From contig OZ076413.1 in assembly GCA_964187785.1 (NCBI GenBank), positions 49,974,001 through 50,038,000 of the forward strand: a stretch of DNA of 64,000 bases. Direction: 5' to 3'. Shown piece after piece: positions 55,971 to 64,000 of the stretch. Numbering within the stretch: the stretch's first letter is position 1; each line of letters begins with the position of its first letter. Origin of the DNA: Amphiscolops sp. MND2022 (lineage: Eukaryota). The notes beneath the pieces are model-generated. The model made no database searches, had not been told where the DNA came from, and was given only the letters and a program-made list of their open reading frames with translations. The position numbers and the translations under genes were made by a program.

Positions 55971-58701
55971 GTTCAGCCTCTTTTCATTTTCTTCATACCC
56001 TGAATAACCAAAACGTTTTCTGGCAAAAACATGCTATTAACTTTTAGGGTGAAGAGTCGTTCATGAATCAGCTAGGAAATCATTTTTACTAGCCGTAATC
56101 GCTGAGGTAATGAAGACCACTTCAAAAACAAGCTGAATTAAAATATATCTGAAAAAACATGCTCAACTTTCCAAAACTTTTGATCGATTTTTTTCAAAAC
56201 TTTGGATACAAAACCCGGATCCAAAGCAATATATAATCCCATGAATGGCGCCATATGGTTCGATGCGTTAACTTCATGTCGCTTTCATGCATAGAATTTT
56301 TTTTTCAACCGTATTAGAAAACTCGTGGAAAATCGTAGTAGTTAAGGGTTCAATATAGGGTCACTAATACAAAATGGCTCGGATTCGATAATGTCCTGAT
56401 GTTTGGGTAGTTGTAAAATATGGTTATATACAACGAGACGATGTCAAAAAACAAACACCATATACAGTCGCATCACTTTCGTCAGTTAAGATATTCACTT
56501 GGTCGAGAAAAATAATAAGATGATCAAAGCATGATTCTACTTGAAAACACCGAAAAACTCTTGGGTGTTTTGAAAAACCGAAGGGTCGAAATGCGGTTCC
56601 GATTTTTTTGAGAGAACAAGCACCACACTGCAATAGTTTTTCGACCATAAAGCTTATTTTTTACCGAACTTACGGGTGGAACCATCAGTGGCCGCTGGTG
56701 AGTTTATTCATAACCAGTTGGAACTATCAGTGATCACCGATGGAGTCAAGGGAGACAAAATTTTTCAATGGTCGGTCCACCGTGCCTAGAACGGCTTAGT
56801 TGTTTTTTTTTCCCACCAGAAATATCAAATACTTCAGATATAAAGTCAAAAATGTAGATATAGTGCGCTTTTTTCGACTTTGGAAGGAAACGAAAAATCG
56901 AAACTGATAAGATTTCAACATAAGCCTCCGCCCTAGTAAAACCCAACTTACTTCGATTTCACGTAAAACAAGCCGGAAACGGCCCAAGTTGACGCCCCGC
57001 TCAAGGTTCAAAAGAGTAAAGCTTCTTAAACTGCAAAAGACACTTTTATCTAAAATTTATCAAATTTACAGTGCCGAAAAATACCTAAAAAATACCGAAA
57101 AAAAATACCTAAAAAATACCGAAAGGGATACGCATAAGACTCGAACACGGCTTTTTCCCGACTTGAATCACCAAGAAACTGATTTTTTTGAGAAAATAAA
57201 TTTTAAAAAATTTTTCTTCAGGCAAAAGTCTCAATGCAGAAAAAGAAGCTTTACGCTCGCTAAAAACTTTTTCAGCCCGAAAACTTATCAAAGTGAAGGG
57301 GGTACCCTTTGACCAAATGAAAATTGTGTTGAAAAAGTGTCGCACAGTGTCGAAAAAAATCGTAAATCTTTTCCACAATTATTGAAGAAACTCATCAGTT
57401 CCAAGAGATCAAAGAATTCGAGAACGTTTCACTGTGCCGAAAAACGCAAAAGTTGGGACCATTTGGGCTGGCTTTTTTATCATTCAGTTGGGTGCAAAAA
57501 AATCAAAATAACCAAAGAATGGAACCTTTGGCGACATGAAAAAATTTTGGGAAAAACGTCTCAATGCCGAAAAAATCAGTAAAACCAAATCTTCTGTGTT
57601 GTCTAGTAACGAAGAAAGCTTCAGAATCTATGATACCCAAAGGTGGCACCCTTTGGAAGAACCCGAGTATGCTTTGTAGTCAGATAGGAAGGCCTACAGA
57701 AATTCTGTAAAAAGTGGACTTTTCAATGTGAGGGTTGTGGGATAGAGAAAAACTAGACGAGAACGTCTAAAGTCGGCGCTAAACCTAAGGTTTGAGAAGC
57801 GCAATTTTTAAAATTTGCCGATGAAGTTTTCGTGCTCGGAAAACGCATCAAAAGTTCGAATATAGCGTGCTGGGACAAATGGGGGCTCTTGTTTTCGAAC
57901 CTCCCTCTCTTCTTCAGTAAAACGCAATATAGTTCGGATATAACGTCAAAAATTCGGATAGTATTTAAAAAATAATTGATTACGGATCAAACACCAGGAG
58001 CTTTGAAAAATTAATTGGAAAACCATCAATTGTAATTAGTTGCAGTTTTCACTGTTTTAGTACAGCATTTGTTATAATAATTGTGAATAGTATTTGCAAC
58101 CAATTGGATCACATTTTTGAAAACTGTCAAAATGAATTTCCACTTGTTTAGAAATGCTTATATTTCTATTTGCGAAATTAGGTGACAAACTCTAGTTCAG
58201 CTCTAGCTTCATATGCAACTTATACTGGATGAAAGTTGATAAAGATGATCCATCGTTTCTGTTACAAGACGGTCATAGTCATAAACGAGTTTGAGGCTGA
58301 AATTGAGAAGAAAATGAGACTGACCAGATATTCGCATTTACGTGCCCATGTTGACTATCATGGTTCATTCTCGGCTTTCCGTCAATGATCATGGTTTTTT
58401 CATAGCATTACATTCGAATCATGGCTAATAATTCATGATCATTGCCATGGTAAGAATCTATGATTCATCCATGAAGATCTATAACACGAAACTACACAAT
58501 TTGTTAACAATGAAAGCTTTGATACTTTATACATTTCAGCAGACATCAATCTAGAGCGTTCCAATGGAACGAATTTTATTCACAAAAATGTTTCCTTAAA
58601 AGTATGGAAAACATTAAGAATATAATCTTTAGGAATTTTTTAACTAGGAATTTTTCTATCTTTAGGAATCAGGAATTTTTCTAACATTGTTTTGAAATGA
58701 C

Positions 58702-58911
58702 CAGAGTTGGAAGCGGGCATAAATATCCAGGCCCGGGCCCGGCGCGGTCACATTCAGGCCCGGTCAAAACTTTTGAAACTCCTACTAATAGACAGAAAAT
58801 GAATTCAATTTGGACCTTTTTTGTTCTACACCTATCGAAACACAGGCCCGGCCCGACCCGGCCCGAACCCGGTCCGGCCCGTTTTCAAGCCCGGCCCCTG
58901 TTCCAACTCTG
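58702..58911. mobile_element. hAT-type MITE
   Basis: 8-bp TSD GAAATGAC (58694-58701 and 58912-58919); TIR CAGAGTTGGAA / TTCCAACTCTG; internal GGCCC(G) repeats. Confidence 0.88.
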
Positions 58912-59584
58912 GAAATGACCTTGTTGAATCAGATTCATAACTGGAATTGTATGAAATAAAGTTTGGTACGTACTAACATTTTTTCTTTTACTTTTAGACG
59001 TTGAACGACCAGTTTCAATTGACCAATTTTGTATTCTATAGGTGTTTAAGAGCATCACTATTACCAAAATAAATGAAACTTAAGGCCTTGTAATGGCTCG
59101 ATTCATGGGTTTTCATCCATGATCATCCATGAATCATGGATATCTTTTCATGATCATGGAATGTTTCTCGGCATGGTGAATTCATGAGTCATGGATGAAC
59201 CATGGATGTTAAGCCCTGACCGGTAAACTAGTTGATTACTTTATTGATGATGCTGCCAAACTCAAACAATTAATTGGTCAATCAGCAATTTACTATTTTT
59301 GAAGCGCAATATATTTTTGAAAGCCCATGTACAACTCAAGTAATCGTGTACAAGTAACCACGCTTACGAAAAATTTTACCAAAAAAATTAAGTTGGTTCA
59401 TGGAAACAGTTCAATGCAAAAGCTGAGATTCGAATATGCCTGAATGTTCGTTCATATTTTTGAACAATTAGCCAATAAGTTGAATTTGTGGAATGCTTTA
59501 ATTTACGAGATTGGAAATTTGTGATCTTGCTGTTGAACTTTGCTAGACCTTTAGATGAAGAAAATGTTTTGTTTTTCATTTCAG

Positions 59585-60721
59585 GTCATCCCCTCACAGC
59601 CACAAGGCCAGGTGATCATCGTCTGTTTTTACACTGCATGACATTTGTACTGAAAGATATGTGCGAAGCTGGTTACATTAAAATATTCTCCGGAAACTTC
59701 GACTGGCATAAAGATTTGAGTGCCTGGTTTTTCTACAAATGTGGGGACGCTGTAGCCGGAGATATTGAGTTTTGTGCTGTGGATCTTTGGCTGTGGGACA
59801 AAATTAAGCTTTTCCACTGTGGCACACAGGTGAATGAAGCAGTTGTAGACACTGTCCGAGAAAACTGGAAGGCAATTCAAAGCACGGGCAATGTAAAGTT
59901 GTCGTTCGACATTAAATTGAAAGGATACCCGTGGAGAGGCATTGAAGGCGATGACAGTGTTAAAAACAAAATGCTGGTCATGAAAATTATACAAGTCATG
60001 GTGACTAATGGCTGGACTCCCTATTCTGCAACTCATCTAGACAGTCTTTCTACCCTATTTTTCTGCAAAAAACGCAACCAAAATGTATCCCCAGAGTTTT
60101 GTTCGTCCATGTTTGCCATCAGCCTCTGTGGAAATGATCGGTTGCGACTGGTGAATGCAGAAGATGACGTCATTCAAGCGACCAGAATGGTTATAACCAG
60201 AAACTGGCCGTTGATTCAGGATGAAGGCGAATATTGTGGCAGTTATGAGTTCAAATTGAAAGGGTGGCCATGGTGGAACACGGGGTTAGAAGCGATGCCG
60301 GGAGTTGCGCTTTTTTGTGCCCTTCTAACTGAACTCAGACGCCTGGGTTGGAGAGTAATGATCAATATGGGCTTGCCTAAAGGCCAAGGCGATAAGCGGG
60401 TTTTCTATTTTATCAAAGTCCCACCCAAAGAAACAACTTATTGCGCTATAAGTGCGAAAGGGGCAAACGGAGTTTTCGGAGTTAATTTAGGCGAGGCCGT
60501 CGAGGAAAGGCTGAAAACTGTGATTGGATCAATTTTTGAGACTCATCCGATGGAGAGATGTCAGAAGTTGAGTTACGTCACCAAATGGTCGGTTAAAGCA
60601 AACCCATGGCCTGCACCAATGGAATCACCAGTGAAGCTTGCAGGCCATCTATTAATAGCAGCCCTGGCTAATGCAATGCATGGATTAGACTATCATTTAT
60701 GTTGCTGTGCTGACATCACAA
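59585..60721 (+). CDS. Paralog C, coding exon 2
   Basis: Acceptor TTTCATTTCAG|GT; join gives K-GHP (KGYP in B); intact to CADIT; donor ACAA|GTAAAG. Confidence 0.88.
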
Positions 60722-61018
60722 GTAAAGATCGTTATTTGCCTCCAACTAAGTTCTGTTTCCACAAACAGCAAAAAACTTAGAAAACAGTTGTGTCAATTGA
60801 CTGGATAAGGTTTTCAGATGATCGATTGGTGCTAAAAGGAGCAGTTCAAAGCAGTGTAAAAATAAAAATCTGTTGCTGAAAGAAGTGTCACTGTTGAGTC
60901 GTATAATAATGTTCTAAAGTAGTTTTCCCTGAAAACACTCTTTTTGGCTATATAGGATTTTATGAACCAAGTTTTTTCTTATAGATTGTGGGTATTAAAA
61001 CAAGGAATGTTTTTCCAG

Positions 61019-61299
61019 GTCGTCTAGTTACCCAAGAAAGGAGAAATGGAAAGCAAGTGACACGATATGTCTACAAACCCGATGGGGACACACTGTTCTT
61101 CACTAAGGGCGATTTTCCGCTCAATGTCAGTCTCTTCACAGACTTGCCAGACTTCATACCCGCGCCTTCTCCCCCAACTTATGATGAGTCTCAAGCACCC
61201 TCACATTCACAGTCCGACCCGCCACCCCCTGCCTACAATAATCTCCCAGACGCCAAACCCCCCTGTCTTCCCAGCTATGAAGAGCTTCATGGGCCATGA
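61019..61299 (+). CDS. Paralog C, last coding exon
   Basis: Acceptor TTTTCCAG|GT; YKPDGDTLFF...PPTY...PPAY...LPSYEELHGP*; total CDS 1614 nt, in frame. Confidence 0.88.
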
Positions 61300-61980
61300 A
61301 ATTATGTCACTGCTCTGTCCAAACCTGATCACTCTATTAAATATTCGCGGTGTTTATTTTTCTCAATTACTATTTGTTAATTCTGAAATATATCATTTTG
61401 TCTAATACGTTTTACATTGTAGCACAACCTTGAAGGACCTAAATGAAAAAGGTTTCAAAGATAAACAACTCTATGATCGCGGAAGTAAACATATATTTGA
61501 TAAATTGTGAAAATTGTTGCTATTTCAGATAACGTAAGCAAACTTGATAAAAATTATGCGTTTGGCTAGTAATTTTAGTGAAGGGGATATTTTCCATTTG
61601 TTCGAAACTGGAGATTTTAACTCTTTGGTTCTTGCGTATAAAATTCACTAATCCCGTGGGTTGTCTTTTGGCCGATTATTTCTCGAAAAATTCTGTTTCA
61701 TAGGGTTTTGGGCCGAAACATTGTTGAAAATTTTTTGGAACATTCGTTTTCCTGGACATATTTGTTGATTTGCTCACATATGGTTCTCCAATGGCCTATT
61801 TAGGCTCATCAATTTCACGAAACAGTTCGCCAAGGCTGTATACGTAAAGGAACCGTCAGGTTCACAAAAATTCCAAATACCTTGCTTTTCTAAAATTGAA
61901 AACTTTTCGTTTTCTGGCGAAGTTTTGATTTTGGTTAACGCTATCAACTTCACGGGACTAATTCTTACTTCAACTGCCTT

Positions 61981-62240
61981 TGTTAGATCTACATAGCGCC
62001 TGAGTTGATTGGTGAAGAGTATGGGTTGTCTTTTAGACCGTTATAGATTGAGTGTTGACGTGAAACGCTCGAATTGAATGAGAACCATAGAGGGGATAAT
62101 TGTGAATTGATGATGAATTTAGATTGTTGAAGTACTGTCTTTTAAACTAAGACTCAAACGCAATGAGGCGTAGTAAATGTTCAGACAATGTTACTGTTAC
62201 TTATTTACAAATGTTTGTTGCAATTCATCACTCTACTACA
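61981..62240 (-). mobile_element. Probable 3' LTR of the Gypsy element
   Basis: On the minus strand the polypurine tract AAAAAGGGGGAA is directly followed by TGTAGTAG (62240); candidate end ...CTAACA at 61981 is less certain. Confidence 0.55.
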
Positions 62241-62412
62241 TTCCCCCTTTTTGGGCATAACGCACAGTTATTTAAAATACAACTCAAATCAAAATCAGTA
62301 ATCAGTTTACTAGATAGTAACTAGCACTGGCAACTCAAAGTGTTTTAACTGGTGTTGGGATTTATCAGTTTTCTCCATGCACTTCTTCGGCCTCACGTCG
62401 ATTCTCCCCCAA

Positions 62413-64000
62413 TTAACTTTCGCAAAGGTAAAATTTTCGGGGTAAAAATTTTGCATCTGGCCATCCCGAGAAGTGGTCTACCGATACCAATAAATACTTG
62501 TTTCCCTTTCTAGGTTTTTGAAAGGGTCTCGCAAAATCTAGGGCCACCTCGTCATTTTGTTCTTTTGCCTCCGGTATTTTTCTTATTTGTTTTTGTTTCA
62601 ACATGTATTTTAAATTCTTACCTGATTCGAGACACTGTTCGCATAACCGTGCCTGGTCAATCTTCTCACGGTGAATGCGGGGCCACCAGATGTCCTCAAT
62701 CATTGCGAGCATTGTGTCTCGGCGCGGATGGCCATAATGAAAGGAGCACATGATCATTGGCCTCATCGGTTGCGGTATAACTATTCTTTTATCCATATAT
62801 AGGAATTCGCGATCATCAAGCGAGAAGGCTTAGAACTTTTCGCGCCACGAGGACGGCAAACGGGTAACTCCGGTTTTGTTATATGTTTTCACTAAGCGGA
62901 TAACTCGCTGAGTTAATTTATCGGCACTGTAATTAGCCGGCAGATATTTTTCGTTCAATAATTTAATTGACGGACTTTGGCTCATCTTGCGAATGCGCGC
63001 GATATTACTACAATGGCTCTTACTTGTTTCCTGCGAATTACGTTCGTCGTGCGTTATGATTGGCTGTCGTCGGTTTGCTTGGTTAATGCGGTTGACAGTA
63101 TTCGCTTCATTCGCACTTTCCGCCGGCCTGCTTTTCTCACTGCTTGCTTCACTGTTGTCTAATACATCATTCAAGCTAATTACGCTGTTTACAGTGAACC
63201 ATTCATTCCAGAGGGTTTCTGCTTTAAAGCTGATCCTTGTAATTCTGTTGGATGTCTTGACAGGTAATCTGCCATTCCAAGCGTTCTGCCTGCCACGTGT
63301 ACTACTTCAAAATCAAATGGGAGCAATCTATCTACCCATATTGTTAACCTGCTGGAAAATGTTTTGTTTCCCCTATTTGATTTCAGTACCGACATAAATG
63401 CTTTATGATCAGAAATGATTTTAAACTGTACACCACATACATAATTTCTAAAATGTTCTACTGCCCACACTATTGCTAGTAATTCTAATTCATTTATAGA
63501 ATATTTTGACTCAAAATCCGTTAGAAACCTATATGCGAAGCAAATTGATTTCCACTCACCATTGGTTTGACTTGTTGTAAAATTGCACCTAGGCCTTGCT
63601 TGCTTGCAACGCAAAGGATTCGAAAAACTTGGTTTCTTTTAAAATGTGACAGCTCTACCACACTTTTGATTTCATCTTAATTTTCACAAACGCATTTTCA
63701 TGCTCGGCGTTCCATATCCAGTTCGCGTCTTTTTTCAAAATTGTTCTAAATGGGAAACTAAAGCCTGCGATGTTAGATATGAATTTGTTAAAATGATTGA
63801 CCGCTCCGAGAAATGAGCGTAGTTGTTTCAGATTTGTTGGTCTCAGCCTATTGCTTTTTCCCTGGGCTTGAGCAATCATTGGGGATATACATGTTCTCGG
63901 TAATTTGAACCCCAAACATTCTATGCTTTCCTGTGCTATCAAACATTTTTCTGCCTTCAACTGCAAATTCGCTTCGTCCAGAATTTTCATTACTTCTCTC
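62413..64000 (-). mobile_element. Ty3/Gypsy pol remnant (RT end, RNase H, integrase), runs off the window
   Basis: L.LKAEKC...LGF...LRSFLGAVN; YSINELELLAIVWAVEHFR...SDHKA...MADYLSR; integrase H..H...WWP...C..C, VALDF...LVSVDHFSGWP; RT-RH-IN order; frameshifted, integrase truncated. Confidence 0.93.

Noticed and set aside
58340..59220. CATG-rich patches as a defined element
   Set aside because: Probably a decayed MITE, but I could not fix termini or a TSD.

Overview
AT-rich, repeat-dense eukaryotic (invertebrate animal-like) genomic DNA, not prokaryotic; no CRISPR array, rRNA or operon. The only intact host genes I can support are three tandem, same-strand, spliced paralogs (A: 16080-28450, B: 43660-46013, C: 55775-61299; about 509, 509 and 537 aa). 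Each protein has four copies of an uncharacterised ~110-aa domain, an N-terminal MGxxYS myristoylation-type motif and a Pro-rich PPxY tail on a separate last exon. The rest is mobile DNA: three degraded LINEs (two ending in (TAC)n), Penelope-like, Tc1 and Gypsy remnants, many Helentron/DINE-1-like non-autonomous elements, MULE-, hAT-, Tc1- and piggyBac-type MITEs, and recent local duplications. Two 5-6 kb non-coding elements sit inside the (TAC)n tail of a LINE and carry a ~170-bp internal hairpin and different cargo. All calls come from reading the sequence by eye; no database searches were run.
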